Counted from the first letter of the stretch, positions 38,601-48,881 are shown. The stretch is DNA of 64,000 nucleotides from Glaucostegus cemiculus (GCA_976551045.1 CDPCPM010000073.1:28272001-28336000), one strand, 5' to 3'. Made by a program: numbers and translations. The notes: generated by a model from the sequence alone, not told the origin.

Positions 38601-41600
38601 CATAACCATCACACAATTGTATTCATGCATGAAATAGCAAAGTCACCATACATGGATATTTTCAAATTGAAACCCTGTGTGCAAAGTTACCAGCAGCTGC
38701 TCACAAAGGCCAGCAGATGGTGGTATGTAGTGAGGTTATAAACTTTGTGTGATTGCACCATATTGCACGCACATTAATATAAAAGTTTGCTTATTTGGGA
38801 TTGTTCCAAATTGTTTATATTGCCATCATTCCACTCAACCCTGTTATAACTTTGGAAGCTTCAAACTCTGTTCAATGTGCTACATTTTAATTTAGAGCGT
38901 ACTCCAGAGGAAATAGAGAGGACAAAACAATTTGCGAAAGAAGTAGTGGATCTATTGCGACATCAGTCTCACTACCGCATGCCCTTTAATAAATTTATAC
39001 CTACGTACCATCACCATTTTGGACGCCAGTGCAAACTTGCATACTATGGCTTTAACAAGCTCATGGAACTGTTTGAATCGATACCTGAAGTGTTGCAGGT
39101 AAGTGCAAGGATGTGAGAATTAAATAAGAGACTTTACTAAGCCTAAGAAATTGAGCAGTGTCTGGAAATTTAAAACCATGTTCTCTCACTGCTTTTAAAC
39201 TTAAAAATGAGTGTATACCTTTTGGCTATTCTGGATTATTTATGTATACTTAGTTGCGTAAAATCAATCTACAGACTTGGTATTGTTAGTTTATGTTGAG
39301 CAGTATTCCAGAAATATGTAAAATTTGAGCTGAGACTAAATTTATTGCTTTGGCCTAATATTTTTAAACTTGTTGATACAGTGGACAAGCCAAGAAAATT
39401 GGTTAGTTAGCTCCACAGTTGAAGAGTTGAGTATTTAAAACTTGAATGCTCCAGTTTGACTCTGTCCAGCTCTTTTGAATTTTCCGTGAATTTGGCCCTC
39501 TAACAAGTTACATTTAGTGATACATTTCCATGATTCTTGTTCAATGGTATACACAAGTGACAACATGTGATTAATCTTCATTAGCCCAATAGCAACATCC
39601 ATACATTGCAAGGTGCTTTCAAATAGTTGTTCACAGTTAGTCAAGTTAATACTAGTCATGTTTTCGATGAATCCAAGTGCAGCTATCTTTCGCTATTCGT
39701 CCACTTCAGCTCTATGAATTTATTATTGATCTTGTGGCAAGCTACTTATTTTCAATATATACAAAATATTGATTTATTTTGTTCCATTTGATTATTTTGA
39801 GCACTTAGATACCTAACATTATCCATTTGGATAGTACACTACATTTATACATTGTTCAGTGTTAAAGAAGTTATGATGCATTTGACAATATTGTCCCCAG
39901 GTCCTGGAATGCGGAGAGGAAAAAGTTCTTGTTTTAACAGAAAATGAGCAAATAAAGGCACTGACGGCCCAACTTGTTAAATTACTGCGGTCACAGAAGG
40001 ACCATTGTATGATGCTATCTGATTTCCTTTCTGAGTATAACAACACTTATGGATATTCTCTGCGCCTTCAAGACTATGATGTCAGTACTGTTGGAGAACT
40101 TATGCAGAAATTCTGCCATGTTGCAAAGGTATTTTATATAGTTACTTTGTTACAAATTCTCCATTGGATTTTTTTACTTTATTTTTTAAAATTATATACT
40201 TTCTCTTGAAAGGTTATTAACACACCTGCGGGTAAGCAGCTCCAACTGATAAATAGGAAGTCTCTTCGCACCCTAACTGCTCAAATTTTGGTGCTGTTGA
40301 TGTCTCTGGATGGCACTTCACAATTGAGAATTGATGATCTTAAAAAACGTTTTGATTCCACTTATGGAAGTCCCCTTGTCCCATCTGAATATGGTTTTGT
40401 GTCTTTGGCAGAACTGTTGAAGAGTTTGCCATACTTGGTTGAGGTATGAATTCTGAAATTATCCATTTGTGTTTCTTATGATGTAAGAAAGTCAGCTTGG
40501 TGTTTGTTCAGTCTTCTGAACAAAGTGGAAGTTGTAAGTGCACCATGATGCTGTCTTCAAGAAACTCACTTCATTTTACTGATGTAGCACCATCATTATA
40601 TGATGCACAGTCATTAATGCCTTGCATGAAAACTGTTTCAAGCTGCTCAAGAAATTGATATACTCCATCTAATTGCTTGAAGAAGCCCCTTGCTTGCAGT
40701 GCAGTACTTTGGGGGTTGTTCAAAGATCTCATTTGCTTCTCACTTTTTAAATAACATGTATAGTTTCCTATGATTTGAGCTACTCTGTTGTAACGTGTGA
40801 CTTTATAACCCTTTTTATATGGATTGATTAATTTCAGTTCATATTACAGTAAAACTCTAATCTGGCACACTCAGGACTCTGCCAAATTAGCTGCTTTTTC
40901 CAACTATCGGATCTTATATTAATACTACAACATTTTTTATTCACCTTTTTTTAAAAAAAGGTTGTACAGTATTATTTCCCAGTGAACTTGGTAAATTTAA
41001 AGGGAGTTCAGAGCTGGGGCCCTGGCAAGTTGCAAGGCAACACACCAAATATTAGCTGGTGAGCTAGGTACCAAACCTTCAGGATTTCCAAATGGCCAGA
41101 TTGAAGATTATCAGAGTTCTGTGCAGAAAATCTTCAGTCGATAGGAAAATTTCAGACAAGGTTGGAGTTTCAAGGGCATAAAAAGTTAATTTTCAAAGTT
41201 TGTGATATTGTTTCTATTTCTTTCTGGTAGTTTGGCTTTTAACTGGCTGTTTCAATCATTTGCACCAATACTTAGGTGGGGAAAAGAAAACGTGGCTAAT
41301 TAAATTTTTTGGTGGGGGTCAATGTATTACAGGTATTCACCGATGACATGGGAGAAGAATATGTGCAACTCACCAAAGTGTACCAGTTTGCTAAGAATGT
41401 GCGAGCCTTGTTACACACCTACCACTATCAGCAAGTCTTTCTGACTGAATTTCCTTCCACTTACCACAAGTACACTGGTGAGGTGCTACAGCCTAAAATA
41501 TATGGGTATGCAAGCATAGAGGATCTTCTTGTTGCTATTCCACAGGTAAAGTGTGCATGTTAACTTTGTAATTTTTGTAATTGGTGGCTCCGGCTGAGTT

Positions 41601-44531
41601 ATGCCTTTTCATCTGAAGTTTCAGTTGAGTATTCTCAACACTTTCTGATTTTTAGATCATAACGTTGAACAGATTACTCTTGCAAATTCTGCCATTTTTG
41701 TACTTTAAGTCTAGGTAAAATCAACAGAACTTTAACACAAGTTTGATCAATGCATTGGGTTACATAAGTATCAGTAATCTCTTTTAAAGTAGTTTTTAAA
41801 ACTTTTTACAACTCTTCCATTTTAAACAGGTCATCTGGATAAAAGGACATGGACAAAAAAGAATAGTGGTTTTAAAAAATGATATGAAAGGTAAAAGTTT
41901 AAACTGTATTTTTAAAGTGCCTATATCTTGTCATTTTGCTAGTTGTGTAATGCATTAAGAAGGAATTTATGCTGTTTATTCCAAATCACCTTAGAAACTC
42001 TCCAGATTTTGAAATACAATTTGTGGAAAGCATACACAAAATTTTCACATGTTTAGAGTAACTGGAGATTAAGTGAAAATGACCATGAGAAACAAGCTTG
42101 GGTTTATTTTTGGTTTTGCTTTTTAGGGATTTGTAATTTGACTGCATTTTTTTTTTTTAGTGCTGCAGTGTTACCTTTCTAGTTGTGAAGTTTTATGGCT
42201 TGGCTTTGTGATTATAATAACCCAAAAACTGCCAGCATATGCCATTATTACTGAGTTAAACTAATGGCAACTTGGATTTCTGTGCATCTGCAAGAAATCA
42301 TAAAATTGCTCGTTGGTTCCATAGGTTGAACTGTCTTCCTAGCATTGGCTGCTGCAATAAAAATCAGTTGAGGAAAACTATTTATGAACTAGCCTTGCTG
42401 GAAAATATTTTGAAAATAGTGAGCTATATGCGTGAGCCAAAGTGAGATTTTAATGGTATATTAAGCAATAATTACTTAACTAATTCTCTGGTGCAAAAAA
42501 ACAAATTATATCCATATTGTTGATCAAATATTTTTAAATTATATTTTTAAAATTTGATACTTCAGCTCACACCTTTGTATGTTCAGATCTTTATTTTGTA
42601 CTTCAGAGATGTTTAATCAGTAGATACGATGATGCTATTGTTGCTGGATGCCAGCGATCAATTCTGATATCCAACAACAAACATTGTCAAAACAGTGGAA
42701 TACTGCAGAGGTCACTAGATGTTTGTGGGAAGCTTTATTCAAGGTCATTGGCGAGTGTAATCACTCCACCATTTGACTGCAAAATTCCAGCCTGTTTCTC
42801 CAAATCTCTTTTTTATGATAAATTAACTTCATTCCCAATGCTTTGTTCTTCATCCCCAAAGTTCGAAACAGCTCTGCCAGTTGTTCTCCTGCACTAATGG
42901 TTGAAGAACCTGAACAGATTCAAGAAGACCCAAAACGGCCAGTAACCTTGGGTTTGGAGAACTCGAGGGAAAATGAGACAAAAGAGTTTGAAACTCCCAG
43001 CTCCAGTAAGTAATAGATGTTGTAAGTCAATTATATGAGAACAATTGGTCCTCTGGGCCTGGAATATAATTATTCAGCACCTTTCAAAGCCACAATATCA
43101 TCCTCCCAGAAGGATGTAGGTAACAGGTGCATAGAAACAGCATCTGATGTTTATTTCCATCTCTCTGATCTGGACACAGTGCCCTTCCTTCATTACTATT
43201 TGGGAACTCGCATTCTGAAAGCAACTTAGCTGTTTCCAAGAAAGGGTTCTTTAGGACCACTCTCTAGAGGCTACAAATGAGTTGATAACAAAAGCCTGCA
43301 AATAAATTATTTTAGTATTTAGCATCATTATTTTAGCATCAAAAGCAAGTCTAAAGATTTGAAGAAGCCATTCAATGCAATTTGGAAACTTGTTTAAAAA
43401 CTACAAAGAACATAATATTTCAGCAAATCTTGATTTTTTTTTCTCCCCCCCAGTATAAAAGAACTATTTCAACCGTGGATAGATATTAAACTGCGTGTTT
43501 TAAAATGTATGATGATACTTTGTATTGTGGACTGATGAAATAAGGAAGATGTTAATGTAAATTTACACAATCTTTCATGCAGTAGCTTTTGGTTCCAGAA
43601 GTCATGTGTACATAATTTTTATGGGAAAGTAATGCATGGATGTTCAGTAATGTACAATTTTGTAACTTGTGTCACTTTTCATAGGTTCAAACCAGATTGA
43701 ACAGGAGCTCCTCAGCCTTGGTAACCAATCTCCAATTGACTTGCTGTGTGGACCTGTCCCATCCTGCTTGCCATCCCCTCAGCTCAGACCCGACCCGGTT
43801 ATTCCTGAAAATACGGATCTTATTCAGTTTGAGGAACCTAATGTTTCAGGTGAAAAACTAATTTATTTTTTCCTTGTATTATGATAAATATACAGTATTT
43901 TATAAGTAAAGCTGTGAGTCCCACGATATGATAGGGATGAGAAATTTGTGGCTTTTTGACACAATTCTAACTTTTCTGTTGGAAGTCTGACCTTGCCAAT
44001 GTTTTCCCAGTTCCTTTTACAGCCGTGGCACACAGCATGTGGCCCTTTGGTGCATCTAGCACCCAAATATTTACCACTTTCACCAGGTATGTCTGCCAGC
44101 TCACCATGCTGGCTGCTCCAGCCTGTATGCTTTTAGCAGTTCCCAGGTATCCCTTGTATAGGTACCTAGAGCAAATAAATTGTAGGAATTGCTAATTGTT
44201 GTATTAAAGCTACAGTAATTGTGAAGGGTGAAAAGGGAAAATGACAGTTTTATTAAGGAATGATTTAAGTTTGTAATGCTGTACAATTTTCTAAACAGAT
44301 ATGTTGATCTTGACAGAGGAGGAGAAAACTGTCCTTCCTGCAGCCATGACTGAAGAGGCATTTACCAGTGGCAACCTTAACCAGATAGAAGAGAATGTTG
44401 CCAGTGTATCCCAAGATGTGCATGAATCCAGGTCACAGCACATGGAAGTGACTAACAGCCCTGTTAAGAAGCCCAGAAATAAAGTGAAGTTGGCAGCAAA
44501 TTTCTCAATGGCATCTCCCATTAATATTTAA
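2458..44531 (+). CDS. MARF1: MARF1 (meiosis regulator and mRNA stability factor 1 / limkain-b1), complete spliced CDS, 26 coding exons, 1740 aa
   Basis: join(2458-2616,3752-4420,5269-5440,9674-9900,10231-10348,11097-11269,12123-12557,18543-18700,20782-20940,21177-21360,23965-24143,26210-26290,26967-27203,27855-27974,32571-32746,34420-34640,36120-36262,37490-37623,38896-39098,39901-40128,40213-40443,41333-41545,41830-41890,42862-43005,43685-43849,44299-44531) = 5223 nt. All introns are GT-AG and phases chain without frameshift. Recognisable MARF1 motifs: [67 protein letters not shown]. Confidence 0.97.
3752..4420 (+). CDS. MARF1: MARF1 coding exon 2 ([15 protein letters not shown]...CDDCVNK), Cys/His-rich N-terminal region
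   Basis: Acceptor tcttcttccag|AAA, donor AAG|GTTAGT; 669 nt, phase 0-0; ORF 3761-4444. Confidence 0.93.
5269..5440 (+). CDS. MARF1: MARF1 coding exon 3 ([19 protein letters not shown]...QKY)
   Basis: ttgtag|CCA, ATG|GTATGT; KIWPNIPPP motif; 172 nt, phase 0-1. Confidence 0.93.
5880..6810 (+). mobile_element. Old CR1/L2-clade LINE fragment, interrupted by a SINE
   Basis: RT motif remnants ([20 protein letters not shown]) in ORF 5957-6220; same family as 22430-23680. Confidence 0.75.
6147..6400 (-). mobile_element. HE1-type tRNA-derived V-SINE
   Basis: Minus strand A box TAGCGTAGCGG and B box GGTTCGATTCC; V-SINE core (gggttttctccgggtgctccggtttcctcccaca); CR1-like tail ggccgaaagggcctgtt; CpG-rich, so relatively young. 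Confidence 0.85.
8030..8870 (-). mobile_element. CR1/HER1 LINE 3' fragment
   Basis: Minus ORF 8105-8290 (FFYTE...[23 protein letters not shown]) is the typical CR1 ORF2 C-terminus. Confidence 0.85.
9674..9900 (+). CDS. MARF1: MARF1 coding exon 4, start of NYN domain ([16 protein letters not shown]...ELNNCQ)
   Basis: aacag|GT, CAG|GTAAGT; 227 nt, phase 1-0. Confidence 0.97.
10231..10348 (+). CDS. MARF1: MARF1 coding exon 5, NYN ([39 protein letters not shown])
   Basis: tgcag|GTG, CCT|GTAAGT; 118 nt, phase 0-1; not in the ORF track, translated by hand. Confidence 0.97.
10672..11012 (+). mobile_element. Rex1/Babar LINE 3' fragment
   Basis: [30 protein letters not shown] motif; tail aataaacctgattctg. 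Confidence 0.85.
11097..11269 (+). CDS. MARF1: MARF1 coding exon 6, end of NYN ([17 protein letters not shown]...[10 protein letters not shown])
   Basis: ttatag|CT, CAA|GTAAGT; 173 nt, phase 1-0. Confidence 0.96.
12123..12557 (+). CDS. MARF1: MARF1 coding exon 7, RRM1 ([12 protein letters not shown]...VRSLQ)
   Basis: ctctag|CAA, CAG|GTAAAT; 435 nt, phase 0-0. Confidence 0.96.
18543..18700 (+). CDS. MARF1: MARF1 coding exon 8 ([11 protein letters not shown]...SGNT)
   Basis: ttttataag|GAA, TAA|GTGAGT; ELC.MESKT motif; 158 nt, phase 0-2. Confidence 0.9.
19330..19620 (+). mobile_element. Penelope-like RT fragment
   Basis: [11 protein letters not shown] resembles the YLLPKIHK..CPGRP motif of Penelope-like RTs. 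Confidence 0.55.
20230..20600 (+). mobile_element. Mixed Penelope-like and Rex1-like fragments
   Basis: Pyrimidine-rich Penelope-type sequence followed by [24 protein letters not shown] (Rex1 RT motif). Confidence 0.55.
20782..20940 (+). CDS. MARF1: MARF1 coding exon 9 ([13 protein letters not shown]...[12 protein letters not shown]...SWSA)
   Basis: aaatag|G, GAG|GTAACT; PSAFSKL motif; 159 nt, phase 2-2. Confidence 0.9.
21177..21360 (+). CDS. MARF1: MARF1 coding exon 10, start of RRM2 (SLSPSLSNR...[17 protein letters not shown]...RHGK)
   Basis: ttctag|G, AAG|GTAAAC; 184 nt, phase 2-0. Confidence 0.96.
22430..23680 (+). mobile_element. Old CR1/L2-clade LINE 3' half
   Basis: RT remnants [35 protein letters not shown]; frameshifted. 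Confidence 0.8.
23965..24143 (+). CDS. MARF1: MARF1 coding exon 11, RRM2 ([16 protein letters not shown]...SLALL)
   Basis: atag|GTG, TGG|GTAAAA; 179 nt, phase 0-2. Confidence 0.96.
24820..25920 (+). mobile_element. CR1/HER1 LINE 3' fragment
   Basis: [38 protein letters not shown] motifs; CR1-type 3' tail. Confidence 0.88.
26210..26290 (+). CDS. MARF1: MARF1 coding exon 12, LOTUS-like ([26 protein letters not shown])
   Basis: tcatag|T, AAG|GTACCG; 81 nt, phase 2-2. Confidence 0.95.
26360..26585. repeat. Inverted pair of Penelope-like terminal repeats (hairpin)
   Basis: 26391-26469 is imperfectly complementary to 26485-26563. Confidence 0.75.
26967..27203 (+). CDS. MARF1: MARF1 coding exon 13 ([17 protein letters not shown]...FEELEYHEP...DRGY)
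   Basis: ttccag|A, CAG|GTAGGA; 237 nt, phase 2-2. Confidence 0.95.
27855..27974 (+). CDS. MARF1: MARF1 coding exon 14 ([13 protein letters not shown]...HEGTVPLL)
   Basis: ttgcag|C, CAG|GTGAGT; 120 nt, phase 2-2. Confidence 0.95.
29594..29695 (+). mobile_element. Penelope-like terminal repeat with degenerate minimal hammerhead motif
   Basis: cagccCTAATGAagggtcttggctcAAAAtgtcgactg followed by ...gatgctgcctgatctgctgagttcctccagc. Confidence 0.7.
30495..31935 (-). mobile_element. Nested CR1/HER1 LINE fragments
   Basis: Minus ORFs 31132-31416 ([19 protein letters not shown]) and 31665-31898 ([10 protein letters not shown]); extra 3' tails near 30500, 30770 and 31460. Confidence 0.9.
32571..32746 (+). 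CDS. MARF1: MARF1 coding exon 15 (FLDCYASEF...[14 protein letters not shown]...PPPPNA)
   Basis: ttatag|C, CTG|GTAAGC; 176 nt, phase 2-1. Confidence 0.95.
34420..34640 (+). CDS. MARF1: MARF1 coding exon 16, LOTUS ([21 protein letters not shown]...VPHVLQ)
   Basis: ctgcag|AT, CAG|GTGAGT; 221 nt, phase 1-0. Confidence 0.97.
36120..36262 (+). CDS. MARF1: MARF1 coding exon 17 ([24 protein letters not shown]...AYH)
   Basis: ttttag|ATC, CTG|GTAAGT; 143 nt, phase 0-2. Confidence 0.96.
36640..37235 (+). mobile_element. Old CR1/L2-clade LINE 3' fragment
   Basis: Same family as 22430-23680 ([17 protein letters not shown]). Confidence 0.7.
37490..37623 (+). CDS. MARF1: MARF1 coding exon 18 ([16 protein letters not shown]...IPKR)
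   Basis: tcttag|G, GAG|GTACTT; 134 nt, phase 2-1. Confidence 0.96.
38896..39098 (+). CDS. MARF1: MARF1 coding exon 19, LOTUS ([12 protein letters not shown]...IPEVLQ)
   Basis: atttag|AG, CAG|GTAAGT; 203 nt, phase 1-0. Confidence 0.97.
39901..40128 (+). CDS. MARF1: MARF1 coding exon 20, LOTUS ([14 protein letters not shown]...CHVAK)
   Basis: ccccag|GTC, AAG|GTATTT; 228 nt, phase 0-0. Confidence 0.96.
40213..40443 (+). CDS. MARF1: MARF1 coding exon 21, LOTUS ([19 protein letters not shown]...LKSLPYLVE)
   Basis: tgaaag|GTT, GAG|GTATGA; 231 nt, phase 0-0; preceded by an 84-nt intron. Confidence 0.95.
41333..41545 (+). CDS. MARF1: MARF1 coding exon 22, LOTUS ([10 protein letters not shown]...LLHTYHYQQ...AIPQ)
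   Basis: ttacag|GTA, CAG|GTAAAG; 213 nt, phase 0-0. Confidence 0.96.
41830..41890 (+). CDS. MARF1: MARF1 coding exon 23 ([20 protein letters not shown])
   Basis: aaacag|GTC, AAG|GTAAAA; 61 nt, phase 0-1. Confidence 0.96.
42862..43005 (+). CDS. MARF1: MARF1 coding exon 24, poorly conserved linker ([18 protein letters not shown]...ETPSS)
   Basis: cccaaag|TT, CCA|GTAAGT; 144 nt open frame, phase 1-1, fits between exons 23 and 25; sequence similarity is weak. Confidence 0.8.
43685..43849 (+). CDS. MARF1: MARF1 coding exon 25 (SNQIEQELL...[16 protein letters not shown]...DLIQFEE)
   Basis: tcatag|GT, CAG|GTGAAA; 165 nt, phase 1-1. Confidence 0.95.
44299..44531 (+). CDS. MARF1: MARF1 last coding exon (MLILTEEEK...[20 protein letters not shown])
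   Basis: aaacag|AT; TAA at 44529-44531; C-terminal KLAANFS motif. Confidence 0.95.
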
Positions 44532-46889
44532 ATGAATTTGAGAAAAGCCTTGTACTTGCGATTTTTTTTTATTACTTGAAGCATTTAAAATGGATTCTGA
44601 AGTGCTAAATCCAAAGAATTGGACACCCTTTTTATCTCTGCCTTCTACTTCTGTATTTAATCTATTTAAAAAGAACCACAAAAGTAAAACTTGTAGGAAG
44701 AAAACTTGATTTTGTATTTGGAGCTTGACCCAAACAATTTGTTCATTTTACTACAGTGCATATTCTTTATGGCTTCAACTTTAAGATTCCAAGGTTTGCA
44801 TATAGTTTGTTATTTAGTTATTTGTAATGTTTGACCAATGATTTTGTTCTGAAGGTCAAAGAAAGCAATGTTTTTTCTTGCACTAGAATGCCTGTTCATA
44901 TACTCTCTCCAACTAATGTAATGTAATAGAAAAATTGACAGCTCAAAATCTGGTTGAGGTTTTTTTGATCCAATACCTGCAGAACAACAGAAGGTCTTGT
45001 ATAATTTAACAGTACAAGTGTATTTAAAATGATTAGAATGTCACTTGAATGGCTTGTAATTACAAACTAGCTTCCAGTTTTGTTAATGTCTGTAGAAAGA
45101 ATTGAATCCCATTCACTGATAGTGTTGGTGTCCTGTAGTTAAAGAATGAAACTAAAAAGCTCCTGGTATTGCAAATTGTGCTGGGATGTAATGATGTCCC
45201 ATAAAGTTTGGGTTGAGTATTGTACTGCAAGTTGGTTTAATCAGTTATCTCCAGCCCTGACCTTGTCAATTACACCTAGAACCTGAGTTCACCATTGTCT
45301 TAGCGGCATGCTACTCTTATGGTGTGTCTCCAGTCTGATGCCAGTGGCACTGGTGCAGAAATGAATTTAATGTGAAATATGCATTTATTGCATAAATCAC
45401 AGGTTATGGGTCAGGAAAGGAAAACTGTTTAAAAGTTATCATTTCCACTTGACAGTTAATGGAACTGAATCTCCCTCTGAAAGTGGAAATGTCAAGGTTT
45501 TGTTGTTTAAACCTTTTTTTTTAAGCCATGTTTCATTGGGGAGTTTTGCGTAAACTAACAGTCACAGAAGGTTGTCTTTTTATTGTGGAGTGCTTTTATT
45601 CCATTGTTTTTTCAGTATTTGCTGTTGGGGAAGTTTTATGTCTGTGATAGCAGTGCCAGTGTGAGGACATAGGGCAAGGTTGAAAGGATTGAAACTGTAG
45701 CAGTGGGTTTATTTGGCCTTCTGGACAGAACCTGGCTTTTACAATGGGTTGTATTTGCCAGGCTACAAACTTTCTAGGTTACAGTTAACCTGTTTTTTTA
45801 CGAGAGAGGTTCTCCACTGGTGTCAGAGATTGTTTAGTAATAAAAGGTGTATTTACTGAAATTATCTTTATCTTTTTCTATGGACATGCACCTGGTATGC
45901 AGGTTTATAATGAGCATAAACACCTGAGATATTAGCTTCAGAAATGTTGTAAAATAGCAAAGCTGGAATGAAGTTAACAATTGTAGAGACCTGTTCCATA
46001 TTAAAGCTGGAGCTCAAATGCTGAAGGTATGTTTGGACAATATTTGTGCATTACTATATGTATGGATTTTTAAAGAAAAATCTTATTGAAAACAGCAGTT
46101 TAGTACTACTAAGGAAGCTGCTGTGCAGGAATTATTGCCAAATACCTTTTCACAGTCCCTGTTTGAATTATCATAAAAAAAAAACCAAATTCTTATGTAT
46201 TATTACAAGCCACTCAAGTCACTTTATGCTAGGTTTCTGGTTTGTGATGTCTAAACTCCACAATATCTATGGTTCTTGTTCTGAAATGGTTCATTTATGC
46301 AGTTTTGCATAAAGTTGTGTTGGTATTCACTAGATTGATTTTGAGTAACAAACACTGTATGACCTATGTAAACTGGTAGAAACAGATTGATTGAGGTCTT
46401 CAAACATTATTATGTTGGCTAAGTATTGGATATTTCTGAAAATATGACAAGTGCTTCTGCTTTGTTTCCTTTCTATGAATGTCCAAAATTAAAACCAGTA
46501 CAAAAAAATTAAGGGTTACCAAATGCTGGATACTTTTGTTTGGGACCAAATTTATTTTGCCATAAATAAATTTTACAGCAAGCATATTTTGTATTTGATT
46601 GTCTTTCATTTTGGTTTAATGTTTTCAAAGGGTGTGTGTGTCCAACCTATAACTGCTCAAAATGGAAGGCGAGCATGAAGGATTGGATTGAGAACTTTTT
46701 GTCTGCGTTGCAAATACATGGCTGAAGGAATGTACCATGTCCAAACTACCAGCTCACTCATCCTGTCTCATCTACAAGAATCCGAGCCCCACATTGGCCA
46801 TCTCAGAACTTGCAGAATAAGAATGAAAGCAAGGCATCCTAATCCCAAGGGTCTGTTTTATAAAGAATTTAGACTATTTTACAGGTTTC

Positions 46890-46895
46890 AATAAA
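46890..46895 (+). terminator. Probable MARF1 polyadenylation signal (3' UTR about 2.4 kb)
   Basis: AATAAA followed by T/GT-rich sequence, at the end of a repeat-free stretch from 44532; alternative AATAAA at 45839 and 46565. Confidence 0.55.
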
Positions 46896-47249
46896 ACAAC
46901 CTACAATTGATTTCTGATTATTTTTGGACTTTTGGGAGGTTTTGTTCAGGTAAAGGGTTAACTGGTTTTTCGTACCACAAGTGCTGCCTGACCTGAGTAT
47001 TTCCTGAATTTTCAGTTTTTATTTCAGATTTCAGCATCAAAAGTTTTTTTTAAATATTTCAATTGGCGAACAGAAATTGTAGATAAGACAAAGGAGCAGA
47101 AATCTAATGAGTGTTCCAAATATTCTAGATCTGCTGCTGGTTGCTCAATGGTCTCTCAATCATTTTAATATTAGTTGTTTCTCCAGTACTGTGTGCTACT
47201 CCACATAATATGAAAGCTCTTGACTGTGTCATCTTATTTCCAACAACTG

Positions 47250-47470
47250 TGATCTTGCCTCTCCTCACGAGCAGAGCAAGAATAAAGTTTCCATTGTCAT
47301 CACTCTCTACCCCATCAGCTTTTCATTCACCAGATCATCCTTCACAATTTTCCACCTTCATGTTGGGAATGATTACACAACCAAATGCAACTTCACCTCC
47401 CCTTTTTGAAAGGACCATTCCCTTTGCTACTCCCTCGTCCACTCATCCATCGCCACCATGCATTCCCCTC
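47250..47470 (+). mobile_element. Penelope-like fragment
   Basis: Similar to 50730-50930. Confidence 0.55.
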
Positions 47471-48190
47471 TATCAAGATGGCTTCAATAACAAGGTTAAT
47501 GGCAGGACTCTTAGCAGTGCGGAGAAACAGAGTCCACAGCCATAGATCCCTCAAAGTTGCCATGCAGGTCGATAGGATTGTTAAGAAGGCATATGGTGTG
47601 TTGGCCTTCATTAGTTGGGGTATTGAGTTCAAGAGCCACGAGGTGATATTGCAGCTCTTTAGAACTCTGGTTAGACCACACTTGGAGTATTGTGTTTAGG
47701 TCTGGTCACCTCATTATGGGAAGGATGTGGAGGGTGCAGAGGAGATTTACCAGGATGTTGCCTGGATTGGAGAGCATGACTAATGAGATTAGGTTGAGTG
47801 AGCTAGGGCTTTTCTCATTGGAGAGGAGGAGGATGAGAAGTGATTTGATAGAGGTGCACAAGATGATAAGAGCCATAGATCGAGTGGACAGTCAAGAGAC
47901 TTTTTCCCCAGGGTGACAATGATTAACATGAGGAGACATAATTTTAAGGTGATTGGAGGAAGATACAGGGGGGATGGCAGGGTGAGATTTTTTTACACAG
48001 TGGTGGTTGTGTGGAATGCATTGCTGGCAGAAGTTGTGGGGGCAGATACATTAGGGACATTTAAGAGACACAGATAGACATATGAATGATATAGAAAAGG
48101 GGGGCTATGTGGGAGGGAAGAGTTAGATAAATCTTAGAGCAGGATAAAATGTCAGCACAACACTGGGCCAAATAGGCTGTAATATTCTGT
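47470..48190 (+). mobile_element. CR1/HER1 LINE 3' fragment
   Basis: VKKAYGVLAFISWGIEFKS...LVRPHLEYCV; RVQRRFTRMLPG. Confidence 0.92.
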
Positions 48191-48229
48191 AACAATTCAC
48201 TGCCATGCCAACCCTGACGTCACCATATC

Positions 48230-48440
48230 AGAGATGTTCCTTTGTCCCATTCATGCCTGCCCACCTTCTCTGCAATTTAAAACTAACTTGTTTTCTCTCC
48301 CCAGTTCTGACAAAGGATCTCTGAATGACCATAAATATGAACTTTGTTTCTCCTAACATTGATACTGCACGATTATTGAGTGTTTCCAACATTTTCTGTT
48401 TTTGTTTCATATTTTCAATATCTGCAGTGTTTTTTGACTT
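48230..48440 (+). mobile_element. Penelope-like terminal repeat, degenerate
   Basis: ccagttctgacaaagg...gagtgtttccaacattttctgtttttgtttca...tctgcagtg. Confidence 0.6.
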
Positions 48441-48881
48441 TCACAACTAAAACGAATGCTGCATTTCCCTCTGCATAGTAAAGAAACATCTCATTCCCAA
48501 GCAAATAACTTTATTGTTTTCAAGACCTAAACACACAACTGTTTAACCACATTTCAATAATTGTACATTTCATTAAAATAGAACTCCTAAGTGGATGAAA
48601 GACTGAACATTGAATCAGGACAAATATTAGATTAGTCAATAGCATTTAAATACAAGACCACAATGAGTCAGGAGAAAGACTGAAGTTTTCTTTAAGTTCA
48701 GATGTGTGCAAATATGCCTTTTACTCTGGGAATTAGTTTCAGCACTACTTGGTTCTACCACATTCATGAGCCCACCAACTGCTTTCACCACCACCTACAG
48801 CTGGTGCCACCTGAGCCTCCGAAGATAAGCAGCTGCTTCTATGTCAAGTAGAAGATGGTGCACAAAGGAAGGGAAGGAACA

